DNA of 64,000 bases from Podarcis pityusensis (lineage: Eukaryota): NCBI GenBank assembly GCA_964106645.2, contig OZ067043.1. One strand, given 5' to 3'. The position numbers and the translations under genes are program-made. The notes beneath the pieces are model-generated. The model was not told the origin of the DNA and did not search any database. It saw only the letters and a program-made list of their open reading frames with translations. This document shows, piece after piece, positions 23,556 to 36,713 of the stretch; the stretch's first letter is position 1; each line of letters starts with the position of its first letter.

Positions 23556-24383
23556 TAGAAAGCTTTCAGCTTTAGGGTTAAACAAATATATTTGGTGATT
23601 TCCCACTCACCAAGATAAATGCCACTTAACTCCTCCTGAAGAACGAGACAGTGTGTCCTTTTTAATTTCAGGAAGTTGCTTGGTGGAATCAGCTGACTGG
23701 ACAATTACCTATTCCCACCCACCCAAACATTTAATTTAAAAATGGTATCCCAGTAGCAATACATTCCTTTTTCTGTTATAGACAAATTGTTTAAAATCTC
23801 AAGCTTTTCTTCTTTTTTGACATCTCCTGGTGCAAGTCTAAGAGAACTGGAACTTCGTTACCAGCAGTTTTCAAATAGGTCATATTTTATTTTGAATAGC
23901 TTTCTTAACTCGTAAACTAATAAAGTTAATAAATACATCACAGCAGAGGTTTGGTTTTATTTATAGACTGCAAATGTGGAATTTATTCTGTAAGCAGTTT
24001 CAATTCCTATTCCTAATACAGGAAATTGTTTTAACTGTTTTTCTTAGAAGCCCACTAAATCTCATTTCACAGTTCCTCCTTCATTTCTTTAAGTTTTGCA
24101 TTGCATCTCCATACTCCTTAATCTAACTGTTCTGTTCTAACATTTAATTACAAGTCATTTTCCTGACCATACTGTTCTCTAACTAGGGATAGGACAGAAA
24201 TTTGATACAATTCACATTTAAGGCCAAACTTATTATTTGCATTTGCTGAAACAAGACACCAGAAGTAGACAGTGTGGTGCCCTCCACTTTTTCTGGACTG
24301 CAATCCCCATCTTCCCTGATCATTGGCCACGCTGGCTGGGGCTGATGGGCCTATAAAGACATAAATAGATTAGGACCACAATA

Positions 24384-24607
24384 CACTGGTACCTCCGGTT
24401 ACAAACTTAATTCGTTCCGTAGGCCCATTTGTAACCGGAAACCGTTCTTAACATTAGGCGAGCTTTCGCTAATTGGACCTCCCGCTGCCGCCACGCGACT
24501 TCACCTCGCATCCCGCGGCAAAGTTTGCAACCAGGAGCATCTACTTGGGGGAGCTCCTTACCCGAAGCGCTCGTGAGGAGGATGGTACGTAACCCAAGGT
24601 TCCACTG
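24384..24607. mobile_element. Related, more diverged Tc1/mariner MITE
   Basis: TA|CACTGGTACCTCCGGTTAC...GTAACCCAAGGTTCCACTG. Confidence 0.75.
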
Positions 24608-24779
24608 CGCCTCAAGGACTACCTCTTCCCACGTGAACCAGCCGAGACCCTGTGATCATCATCTGAGGCCCTACTCCATGTGTATCCTCCAGAAGAGGTC
24701 CAGAGGGTGGCAACATGGGAAAAGGACCTTTTCTGCAGTGTCTCCCATTGTGGAATGCTCTCCTAAAGGAGGCTTGCTG

Positions 24780-24929
24780 AATCATAGAATCATAGAGTTG
24801 GAAGAGACCACAAGGGCCATCGAGTCCAACCCCCTGCCAAGCAGGAAACACCATCAGAGCACTCCTGACATATGGTTGTCAAGCCTCTGCTTAAAGACCT
24901 CCAAAGAAGGAGACTCCAAAGAAGGAGAC
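24780..24929 (-). mobile_element. Very short young CR1 3' end inserted in an older L2 fragment
   Basis: Nearly identical to the reverse complement of ~50420-50559; flanked by TGCTG (24775-24779 and 24930-24934). Confidence 0.85.
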
Positions 24930-26426
24930 TGCTGGGTGCCTTCCATTACGTATCTTTAGGTGCCAGGCGAAAATGTTTCTATTCAACCGAAAGTTTGGCT
25001 AGTTAACATTCTATGGCTTTTTAAATGTGTTTGTGGGAGCATGGATATTGGTTTGTTTTGGTTTTATTATGTATTTTGTATTCTCATTTTGTATTTTTCT
25101 GTTGTGAACTGTTCAGGGATCTCCAGTTGAAGAACAGTATACAAGTTTTAACAACAGGAGTTGTAGTTCAGTAATATTTGCAGAGCTTCAAATTGCTTAT
25201 CCCTGTAGTACATGAACTATGTACAAACGTCCTTTGAAATTCACATTTCTCCAAATTTTGCTCTGCGGTTCTCCAGTAATGCGTACAGAAATGAATATAC
25301 GAGGGTAAATTGTGCATAGAAATGCATATGTTAGTGAACATAACGTTAAAAAAAAAAAGCACCAACTGATGCAGAAATGTGGAGAAGTAAAGGAAGGAAG
25401 GGGCCTCCTGGTAGTTCCTCTGCCCTCAGAAGCTCAGTTGCTGGTGGTCTAAGAGAGGGCATTTTCTTGAACAGCCCCCAAGTTGTGGGGTGCCCTCCCC
25501 ACAGAGGTGCATCTGGCACCTTTACTGTACTTTCCGGTGAATGCTGGAGACGCATCTCTTTACCCTGGCTTTTGACAGCTGAGGTGCACGTATATTTTTA
25601 GGACCCACCTTATTTCTGTGACTACAAGTTATGTCAAACTGTTTTAATATTGTGTTTCTAAATGTTGTCACCCATCCTGGAGCTTTAGAGTGAAGGGCTG
25701 GTAAATAATATTAACGATTTGAAAAATGAGAATCTGAGAGGAATCAAAATTCAGATTCACCCATCCTTAGAGCATATTCACAAGCTGAATAAATCTTCAT
25801 AAATCTTTTCATTGTGGGTGCATCCTTGATTTGATTTCTGTTCAAAAATGGAAGCAGAGGTTGGAAGAGATGCAATGACTAATATTTCATTCTCTCATCA
25901 CAAGCAGGGAGTCCTGCAAGCATTCTTAATGAGTCACAATCTGGCTTCTCCAAGATTGCTGTAGCAACCTTGTGCAACGCAGGGGTGATTGTGTGGTTGT
26001 AACTTTCCTTGGATACCAAAAGCAAAGTAGAATCTTCAGGCAACTTGAACAGAAGCAAAGTCTTGTGCGTATGAACATCTACCTTTGCCAGAGCTCCTTG
26101 GTATTATTTTACAATAAAAGCAAATGATGTATTCTATTCATCTTGCATATATCATTTTATATTGGCTTCCAAGTCATCTTTCCAATGTCATAGTCTCAGA
26201 CATTTAGGGGACCTTGTTTTCCTACTATGTTACTTCTCAAAACTGAGGAGGAAAAGTTTTTAAAAAGCAACATTGCAAATACAAGAGTATTTTTTTATCC
26301 AATATGTTATGCTACAAGGCTTATCCGGAGTATTACTTTTTTTTATTCAAGTTACTTCAGAATAAAAATCACAGAGATCTAGAAACACAAGAATGCCCAA
26401 AATATATCTAGTTGGGCACAATGTAA

Positions 26427-26466
<40 letters not shown>

Positions 26467-28064
26467 TTTTTTTATTATTTGTACCCCACCCTCCACGGCT
26501 GGAGCCGGGCTCAGAGCAGCTAACATCCTATAAATAATACAATATGCATAAAAACAAGCAATCGATTGATTAAAATGCATCCCAAAATTAATTCAAATAA
26601 ATTAAAATTAAAGTTAAAACTAGACAAATGACAATCCTCAGGTTAAAATTGAAAGCGGTTAATTCTCACCAGGACCAACTGTTTCCACTGATATTATAAG
26701 GACCTGTGAGTGGGCTGGGAAACCTCCTTTGTGCTTGTTCTTATACAAAGAGAAAATGAGTCAGACTGAACCCTGACCAAAGGCCTGGCGGAACAGCTCC
26801 GTCTTGTAGGCCCTGCGGAAGGATGTCAAATCTCGCAGGGCCCTAGTCTCTTGTGAGAGAGCGTTCCACCAGGCCGGAGCTACGGCCCAAAAATTAGCCC
26901 TGGCTCTGGTCAAGGCCAGTCTAATCTCCCTGGGGCCCGGAATCTTCAGGGTGTTGTTATTTGCAGACCGTAAGGGACGTACCAGGAGAGGCGGTCCCAT
27001 AGGTACGAAGGTCCTATGCCGTATAGGGCTTTAAAGGTTAAAACCAGCACCTTAAACCTGATCCTGTACTCCACTGGGCGCCAGTGCAGCTGGTATAGCA
27101 CTGGGTGAATGTGATCCCGCGGTGAAGACCCCGTAAGGAGTCTTGCCGCAGCATTCTGCACCTGCGGGAGTTTCTGAGTCAGTTTCAAGGGCAGCCCCAC
27201 GTAGAGCGAGTTACAATAATCAAGCCTGGAGGTGACTGTCGCATGGATCACAGTGGCGAAGTCCGAGCGAGAGAAGTAAAGGACCAACTGCTTAGTTTGG
27301 CGGAGATGAAAAAATGCTGCCTTTGTTATAGCTGTAACCTGCACCTCCATAGAAAAGGAGGCATTGAATATTACACCCAAACTCTTGACAGAAGGTGCTG
27401 GTACTAGTTGCACCCCTGCAAGGGATGGGAGTTGGCCCCCCAACCCCATATTGTCCCGACCCAGCCAAAGGACCTCTGTCTTGGAAGGATTTAACTTGAA
27501 CCGGCTCCCACATAGCCATCCAGCCATGGCTTCCAAACATCTGAACAGTGTGTCAGGGGCCGAGTCAGGGTGGCCATCCATCAACAGATAAAGCTGGGTG
27601 TCATCAGCATACTGATGACAGCCCAAACCAAAATTATGGACGAGCTGGGTGAGGGGGCGCATATAGATGTTAAAAAGCATCGGGGAGAGAATTGTGCCTT
27701 GTGGTACGCCACACACCAAGGAGTAGTACAACAACTCCCCTCCCCCATCACCACCCTCTGTCCCCGACCAGAGAGGAACAAGCGCAGCCATTGAAGGACT
27801 GCGCCCCGAATCCCCACGTTGGCAAGGCAGTGGTCTAGAAGTTTGTGGTCAACCATGTTGAAGGCTGCTGACAGATCTAAAAGAATCAACAGCCCCAACC
27901 TGCCTCAATCCAGCTGCCTATGGAAGTCATCTGTTAGGGTGACCAGAGCCATCTTGGTCCCATGACCAGAGCGAAAACTGGACTGGAATGGATCCAAAGC
28001 CGATGTTTCATCAAGAAATCCACCAAACTGTTCAGCAACCGCTCTCTCAATCACCTTACCCAGG
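26427..28064 (-). mobile_element. L2-clade LINE, 5'-truncated, frameshifted
   Basis: LLILLDLSAAF...GVPQGTILSP...YADDTQL...; (TTA)n tail; similar to 10797-12325. Confidence 0.92.
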
Positions 28065-28299
28065 TTGTGTTGGCTGGTTCAGACCATAGTAAATCTAAAC
28101 CAGAGTTCTATTTCCAACAGCAGCTGATCAGACAGAGCCAGAGGACATCAGAGGGACACCGTATCTGAACATGGAAGTTTCATTTAGCTGTCTTGGCGAA
28201 TGTCACTGATGGATCTATACAGTTGTCAATCCTTTAAAAACGCAACTAAGTTAGTAGTCACTTTGGAATGTATGGGGTGTTAGGGGAAGGATACTACCT

Positions 28300-28965
28300 C
28301 TGGTGCAGGACTTGTTGTGCTCCTTTGGAGTAGTTTGTCTACCTTTGCACTCAGTTCTCACCTGTGGCTCCCAAGTTGTAAGCATGCAACAACAGCCACA
28401 CCCCAGAAACCACTTCAACTAGCCGGTTAAACAAGGTGAGGGTAGCTGATGGGTTTCAAACCTTTGGGGTTTAGGGACTTCACCTGTGTGAGAAGACAGG
28501 CTCCAGTGGATTAAACTGGCAAGTCCAATAGTGGGTCCAATGGTCATGAAGGTGGTTTCTGCAGGTGCTGTAGAGGAAAGTGAGGGGCAGATGGGGCTTG
28601 TCAACCTGGGAAGGTAGCCCATCTAGAAGGAAAACACTGACCCTAAACCTCTTCTGCTTTGCGGAATATCTTTGGGAAAAGAAAAGACTAAGGAGCAAAC
28701 TCTACACAAATCTGGAATGGAGTCCCAAAGATGGTTAGATGGCGCCTTGTACGTCTCCTTCCGGCAACTTCCGCAGCCAAGTTGGTGCCAAACGTATTGC
28801 TCTGCTTTCCTTTGGACCACATTAGTGAGGCTGAGACAAGATGACTCTTGTCATCTGGGCAGCCCACAACCTCCAGACACATGGCCCAGGCTTGCATCCC
28901 AGGGAGGGCACTTCAGTGCTGCTAATGCAGCTGTTTTGACTTCACTCCTGGAGGTGCTCCTACTG
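28300..28965 (+). mobile_element. Dispersed repeat, probably an RTE-clade LINE 5' region; inverted partial copy at ~4700-4945
   Basis: 28780-28950 is the diverged reverse complement of 4775-4945 (e.g. ttgctctgctttcctttgga / tccaaaggaaagcagagcaa). The family assignment is from recollection, not a search. Confidence 0.55.
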
Positions 28966-29137
28966 GAAATGGAATGGTGAATTCTTAAGATGTTCTTTGG
29001 GGAGCTACTTCTGATCTTCTGCATGCTTTTTAAAATCTCATTTACTAAGGGATTTTCTTTTTTTTTTTTGCAGCACAGAGGACTAGGAAAAACTTTTTTT
29101 TAAACTGTAGATGAATAAATTAAAGTCCTAGAAAAGC

Positions 29138-31289
29138 GCTTCCGGGTCAGTGCCATTGGTGAATGGCGGAGTTCCTCCGACTGGAGGAATGGGCTCTGTG
29201 AAAACTGGGTCTTCCCGCCGCGGCAAAGGTGGGGACCCGCTAGAAATCCCAGGCGGAGGAAGCCTGGGAACGTGGGGTTCGGCAGGGCACCAGAAACGCC
29301 CCCCTACTCGCGGGGAATCCCATCTAGGGGCTCCGGAGCGAAGTGGGGTGAGAAGCGCGGTGCTACGAACTGACTGCTACTTTCACGGAGTGAAGCCGCA
29401 CAGCCATTGCCAGAGAGCGCTGACTTTTTCCTGTGGACAATTGGACTTAAAACAAGTACCCGTGAGTAGAAACGGAAAATTGGATCAAGAAATTGTTTTA
29501 ATTTGGTATCGAAGCGGGAAGGTGCAAACAGGAAGTCCGCCTTCCGCTTTTTTGTATATAGACTAAAGCAAAAATTTTGCAAGCTAAAGCCGGGAAGCTG
29601 TTAAAAAAGACTAAATTTCCTTCATTTAGAATCACTGAAACCCCCCTTGGAAGCAGGAGAAAAGGGAGGGAAACTCTGTTTAACCCCAGCAGGAGAGGGA
29701 GTGAAGAAGGATAAGTTTCCACCGTCTCTAACCTGGGAACGGGGTGTCAGAGACAGAAACTGTTGGAGAGGTTCACTGACTGTGAACGTAACACTTTGAC
29801 AGATAGCTAATGAAGAGAAACAAGTTGATTCTAATGTTGCCTTTTGCATCTTAAAGAAACAAAATATCTGAAAAACATCTGAAATATCTGAAAAATGAAA
29901 GTAACTTTCCTTTGTCTTAAAAAAAAAAAATGGATACAAGTAGATTGTCTCCTCTAAAGGGAGCTTGCTAAATTGTTGTTGCAGCATATTTGAGACCCAA
30001 CATCTGTGAGATTAAGACTGTGGGAACAGTCTTTTCTGACCTTGAACAAAGATGAGCTGGGAGAAAGACTGGGTGCTTGCTCTATGCAAGACAAATGCTT
30101 TGCTGGAACAGATGCATGAGAAGATGGACTTGATGAATGAGAAAATGATTTGACTGTTGTGGTTAATAACATTGATACAGAAATCATCCAAGAACCAACC
30201 TATCAATCTGTACTGACTGGGCAAGTGCAGATGACAATGGAGGAGGGTGCGGCTGCACCTCAAATAGTACAAATGGAGAGACCCGAGGCCCTACAGGAGC
30301 ATAAGCCGCTGTTATTGAAGATTGAAGTTGGAGTGGGCCAAGGGGAGTCTGGAGATGAGGAGGTTCCTAGCTTTGGAGAGACCTTGAAATTTGATTTTAA
30401 ATTCATTTTGGATTATATCGAGGACTGTGGGGAGTGGGACTGTGGGGAATGGGTGAGCTGGATGAAGGGTGATGGAGATAATTTTGGGTTGGAATCCCCC
30501 AGAGACCTACTCCTCAATGAGAAAGGAAAGAAACTAAGACAGAGACCAACAAGAGACAAGGAAAAGGGTAAGCACAAACAAGATGAAGAAGAATTGCAGA
30601 AGGGACATGGAAGAGATTTAAGGACCTTGGACATAAGGCTTCCAGGTTGATGGACTAGATGGAATGGACAATAAGGACTGACATGACCTGAGACCAGGAA
30701 GAAGAGACGCTGGATGATGATTGGAAGAGAATTTATAATGGAATTTTTTTATTTTAGAATCAGCTAATGAATATTAGGGAAAATGTGGGAATGAAACTAT
30801 ACGACTCTAGCAGAAATGATATCAGGAGCTATGTATATTTGAAATTTAAGATTTAAGTCTTAAGGCACTTAGGGGTAAGATAAGGTTAAATAAATTAAGG
30901 TAATCTGAATAACAGAATATGGGGAAAGATGGTAAGGATTTGTTGAGTTAATTATTAGGTTAAATTGTTAAGATAAATTTTATAACAAAAATTGAGAAAG
31001 ATGGAAAGAATTTGCTGAAATAATTACTAAACTAGAACACAAAAACGGAGGTGTGAGGAGGTCAATGAAACCAGCAAATGGAAATTATGGATATGCAATT
31101 TGGGATTTGTGTTTTTTTTTTCTTTTTTACTTTCTTTTGCTGTATTGTCGTATTGGTTTTCATATTTTGTGCTTTTCTCTTTTTTTATTGTTTTCTCTTT
31201 TTCGTATTGTAGTGTTGTTTTTTATTTTTTATTTTTCTTGTAATTTGGAAATTATCAATAATTATTTAAATAATTATTTAAAATAATAA
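29138..31289 (+). mobile_element. Non-autonomous L1/Tx1-like retroelement (HAL1-like), no RT
   Basis: 17-bp TSD TAAAGTCCTAGAAAAGC 29121-29137 / 31290-31306; CpG-rich 5' end; decayed ORF 29930-30650; T-rich 3' UTR and A-rich tail. Confidence 0.75.
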
Positions 31290-31538
31290 TAAAGTCCTAG
31301 AAAAGCTTTAAGATAAGTGACATTCTAGAGGTCCTACTTAAGACATTAAGGTGGTCCTATGCATTTTTATATGGAAGGAAGTCCCACTGTGTTCAGTGTG
31401 GCTGACTTCCAGTTAAGCGTGCATAGGATTGTAGCCTAAGGCTTGATCACAGGATTGCTCAGCAACTGTACTTCTTTAAAAGCATTTATATAGTGCTTGT
31501 TTTTGGAGTTGATAAACAACTTTGTTCTTAGATGCTCA

Positions 31539-31839
31539 TTTATTATCACCTCCCATCTAAATGTGGATTAACAACAGACAACAAAATTACACTTGAATAT
31601 TAAAATATTTAGCAGTGACCATTTTATTTTCGATTTCTCATTTTACAAAAAAAGCAGGTATAAAAATGAGCAGCATTTTATAATTCCTTTCCAGTTTTGT
31701 GATACAAAACTGGCATTTAGTATAAACTAAACACATTGGTCAACTTTCCTCCTATGTCATTCACATTCAAGCCGTTTCCAGGTCTGGAATGCAAATGATC
31801 TCCTAGAAAGTCTTTTTTTTTTTTAAGCACTTTTTTATT
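31539..31839 (-). terminator. Candidate ARPC5 polyadenylation signals (AATAAA at 31834-31839, 31623-31628, 31539-31544)
   Basis: Three tttatt hexamers on the plus strand, 1.1-1.4 kb past the stop codon. Confidence 0.45.
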
Positions 31840-32908
31840 GGTCAGTACTTTCTCCCTTAATACATGGAACATAACCATATTAGGAATAGAGGTTAAGATT
31901 TTATAGGTCCCACTAGTTGAACACTGATCAAGAAATGCTTGCAACTTAGAATAAAACTATACATTAGATTTGATATGAGGCTAACACCAAAATAGGCACT
32001 CTCATGTTTTGTCCCCCCTCCCCCCGACCTCTGCAGTATAGGATACTTTTCCCATGTCCTGAACTTATGCCAAATTTTCATTCCAACAGTAGGCAATGAT
32101 GTGATGAAGACAGGGAAACACATGACATCAGGGCATGTGTCAAGAGACTCTAAAAGTTACGGGGAGAAGGAAACTTGACATGAAGACCTTATTTTTGGCA
32201 GCAGTCCCACGTCAAGTGCAATGTGTAATTCTGCCCTTACTTCAGTGTACACTTGTTAGGTTATTCAGAGGCAGCTGCTATTATGCAGAGTTCCAAAATG
32301 TTTTCCCTGTTCCCTTTGCTTGATGGATTATCACAGAAACAATGACATTCTCCGCTTGTGGATTCTTCATGTAAAAAGGTTTGCAAAGAAAAGTGTGGGA
32401 CACTTAGGAAAACCAAGCAATGAGCAACTTGACTCGACAGATCCTTGCCGATTGCTGTAAGGTTAGACACTGACTAGTCCAGTTTGTTATTTGTAAGCTG
32501 TCCCATATCAACGCAGTTTACATGGAATGCTGCCCAACCAGCTAAAGAATTTAAAACTGACCTCAATCCCCACCATCTGCTCAGACTTTCTGGCCAAAAA
32601 TGGGGAAGGTAGGTTGCACATTGTCGTGATTTTTTTAAATCATCCTATGCAAACACTTGTACATGTGTCACTGAAATGCTTTGCGAGTACCAGATACTCA
32701 TTTTAGAAATAAAATTGCACTTATATAATTACCCAACATTTCACAAAAGAAGTCTGATATGCATATTATACCACAGATATGAAAAAGCAAGAAGGCAAGC
32801 TGAAAGAAAGAGAGATGCTACCCACAGGGCGGTGATGGCATTTGGTTGTTTTGGTCTTTGTATGAGCATTTCGCACACCCATGGCAGAAGGGGCAATTTT
32901 TGCTGGAC

Positions 32909-32971
32909 TTAAACTGTTTTCCTGGCAGTTAAGACACGGACAATGGATCCTACACCTCCAGCAGCAAGAGC
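32909..32971 (-). CDS. ARPC5: ARPC5 exon 4 (stop TAA)
   Basis: ALAAGGVGSIVRVLTARKTV*; total CDS 456 nt = 151 aa. Confidence 0.97.
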   Translation of the reverse strand, partial: ALAAGGVGSIVRVLTARKTV

Positions 32972-34575
32972 CTGAAAACAGACAACAAGGAAGAGGAAGT
33001 TAAAGCACTCACTGAAGACAACTCTAACTAAGCAGACATCTACTAGCATGTTTTATATGGCTATCTCAAAGAGGCACAAGAAATCAGAAACATCAGTTTA
33101 TTGAACTGGGAACACAAAAAAGACAAGGGGAATACACTCCATAAACACACTAGCTTGAATTAAGATACAAACCATTCACAGAATCATGTTCACATATATT
33201 TCCTCAACTAAAACTCATTTTAATGTATATTAAATTATCTCAGTTCACTGGGCAATTACAAATTTTGATGACAACGGGCATTATTTCTATGGCACTCAAT
33301 CATACTCAGTAAGTGAACAGAAATATTTATTTTGCTTTACTGAGGATGTCATAGGTGGGTGCCTTATTTTTCTCTGAGGAACGTTACTCCAATCCAAATC
33401 ATTACTATGGTCCACAGAAGCATATAAGTAGTGTTTCTATTAGGTGTCTAGCAACACATGAAAAAGTACAATGTATTTAGTATTCAATGAAGTTTTACTC
33501 AGAGCAGATCCACCAATTTCAGTGGGTCTACTCCAAGCAAGGCTTAGCTAAATACCACCCTCAGCTTTTTAAATATACATACACCTCACTTCATTTCATT
33601 TCATTACTCAAGTACTGATGACTGATAGCTGAATGTGTCAACCAACGCCACGGCAAACTTTTCAAGTCTGAGATGCTTTTGGTTTGGTTTTATATGTTGC
33701 CATCTTGTTGTGAACCACCGAGATCTCTGTCTACAGGGCAGTGTATAAGTTGAATAAATAATAAATAATGAAGCATCAGGAGATGTGGAAGCTCTGGGGA
33801 AAATCCAATGGTGTCGTCCTCCAGCAGAACAGATTCCCCCTTTCCCTTGCAACTCCTAATGCACCCCCAATGACTACTCCAAAAAACTGGGAAACCTTCC
33901 AGGGCAGATTTGGAGGAGTGTAGAGAGCTCTAGCAGGGATGGAAGAAGTCCCATCATACAGTTGGATGTTTCTCTCCATCTGTACAAGGGCTTACATTCA
34001 CACACAAGTCATCCCTAGATCTTGTGATCATCAAGTGATAAATAGGGAAGTGAGAATAAACTCTAAGGAAATATATTTGGTTCTGTTGGTTTCCAGCAGT
34101 TAAATAATTAAGGTAAAAGGATGCATGCCTTAAGCAACAGGATTGTCACAGGCAATTCCTATCTTTCATGATTAATCTCTCCCTCATTGCCAAAGACAAA
34201 ACAGTCAAGTTTTTTTTTTAGAAAAAAACAACATTATTCAGTGAGTTAAATTGTGTAGTAAGTTTGGAAAATGAATTGTTTGCTAATATTAAAATATGTG
34301 TATGCTCATTCCATTGGGTTAATTCTAGTATTTCCAGCCTGTTCATCATTTTACTTCTGCTGTGTTCCCCAATTCACCTGACACTTCTTTTCTAAGATAA
34401 AGTTCCAGTTTTTTTAGTCTATCTAAATAACGCTTTCAGGTATGCTATATTCTTTGGGATGCATGTGGCTCTGTTACCTTTTCCTCCCTTCTTGCCTATG
34501 CTTTATTGAGAAGGGAGAAAAAATAGCACACAACTCAGAGACCCCCAAGAAAGGAATGATTCCAAGCCATCATAC

Positions 34576-34752
34576 CTTTTCATGCCACTGTAGTAAAACA
34601 GCACTGCTGTTGTCAGATGGGCTCTCAAAGCCCTTGTAGATGTATTTCATTAAGAGATCAACTCCACTCTTATCCAAAGACTGTACTGCCTTTTCAATAT
34701 CACTGGCTTTGAAAGAGATGAGAACCTTCAGGACAATACTTTCTGCACGATC
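34576..34752 (-). CDS. ARPC5: ARPC5 exon 3
   Basis: [59 protein letters not shown]; 177 nt. Confidence 0.97.
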
Positions 34753-35123
34753 CTAGAGAAAAATTGAAAAAGACAAACAGAAAAAGAACCATGAACACTG
34801 CAATCCTGTGCTCGCTTACTTGGAAGCATGTCCAACTGAACTCAGCTGATTTTCTTCTGAGCAAACATGCACTTGGTTTGACCACTGCAGTTTATACTAT
34901 TAAGAAAGGTTCTAATTACCATGAAAATTCAACAAGTACTAAGCTACTAGACTTACATGACTATTATGACTGTGTCTGCAACTGTGTTGCATAAATAAAT
35001 TAGTTCTAATATAGAATTAATAAGACCTTATGAATGCTTCTGTTTTATCTGAAATGGCAAAAGATTAACTAGGCTGCAGATAGCAATTTTCAAAAGAGGC
35101 AAACTCAAATAAAAGTTCTATGC

Positions 35124-35371
35124 CCGGGGTGTCCAACTTCCAAGAGACTGTGATCTACTCCCGCTATAAAAAACTAGCATCAAAGTAGTTAAGCTTTTTT
35201 GCAGGGAGGATGAGCCAATGTTGTTGAGCTTTTTAGGGGGGGAACATTAGCCAATTAGCCAAAGTTGTTGAGCTTTTTTTTGGGGGGGGGGTCCTACGAT
35301 CGACCAGGATTGACTGGGGCACCCTGCTGTGATCGACTGGTAGATCACAACTGACCAGTTGGACACTCCTG
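35124..35371. mobile_element. hAT MITE
   Basis: CCGGGGTGTCCAAC...GTTGGACACTCCTG; perfect 8-bp TSD TTCTATGC. Confidence 0.85.
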
Positions 35372-36640
35372 TTCTATGCCATTTCCTACCCAGTTCCCTT
35401 CATTGGTACACCAGACCCAGATCATTCTGCAGGGTCTAAGTTGCATTTCTCACTTTATGCTTTTGTCTTGCTTTGGCAAAAACAGTTCAGCAAGTTCTTA
35501 TTAGAGTGACCTGGTTTGGACATAACGCTAAACTACTGTGCACTACCCAAAGTCCAGCACAGTTATGTAATCAGACACTTTCTCTGTATTTTTCAGTGAA
35601 CCACAGTTTATTGTTATGTCCAAATCTGAAACCATGGTTGAATTTAACTAAAGTTTAGGGAAACAATACAACTTCCAAATCCATTGTTTGGTGTTGTTTT
35701 TCCCCACCCTAAACCTAGATTAGAGTAACCACACTTTGTACAGAACAACAAACTACAGATAGTTAAAACTGGAAGCAAAAGCTTTCAATCTCCTGCACAC
35801 AGCTGCACTGGAGATGGAGAGCTGATGAGCCCAAGGCTTGCTTGTTCATAGAATGCTAAACCATTGTTTTGAATTAAATAGAAGTAGGATTAAAAATGTA
35901 AACAAATATATATTTATCACTGCAGAACTGTCTCCCATGCCTTACTTAAAAAGCAACAGGAACACAATGGATTTCTACTTTTATAATTAATTTTCTCTTT
36001 TGTCTTCTAAAAAGAACTTTAAACATTATAGCCATCTGCACAATGTTTGAACCACTGAATGCAGACTAGGGCTTCATTCGTTTTGCTTCGTCAGCCTGTT
36101 CAGGACTGAAAAAAATAGGATGATCTGAAAGCAATCAATTAAGACACAATACATGGCCTGATGTCAATAGACAGACAGTTCCAAAGTATAAGTACTGCTA
36201 TACTAAAATACTGATTTCTTACAATTGCAGAAAGAGTATTATGTGGCACCTGTAACAGTGCCAGGTGCACAGATCAAAGCAGTCAAGTGAGCACCAGTGG
36301 GGTAAGGCTCGTCTCAAGCCATTAAGGGCTTTCTACTCCAATACTAATACCCTGAACTCAGCCCAATAACAAATCAGCAACCAGTGCAGATATCTGAATA
36401 GAGGTGTTGTATGACAACAGAGTCTTCTTTGACAGCAACTGTGCTGCAGCATTCTACATTAATTGCAGTTATCCAATCCTGAAGTCACCAATGCAATAAC
36501 ACTTAAACACGTCCACTAAGTTTTGAGAGTTACAGCAGTGATGCAGCAATTCAGCAGTGTTTTTAGATGTGGTTAAAATATTCTGAAAAAGAAGAGCAGT
36601 CTTCAATCACTATTACACCATAATTCTCCTGTTACCTCAC

Positions 36641-36713
36641 CTTTACGGCTTGACTCTTGGTGTTGATTGGAGGATTTTTCAGAGCTGCCTGTAATGCAGC
36701 CATCATGTTCCCC
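36641..36713 (-). CDS. ARPC5: ARPC5 exon 2
   Basis: [24 protein letters not shown]; 73 nt; acceptor ...TTTAC| and donor gtgagg. Confidence 0.97.

Noticed and set aside
26347-26580. Poly-Tyr ORF (and the poly-Leu ORF at 54490-54672)
   Set aside because: Translations of L2 (TTA)n tails.
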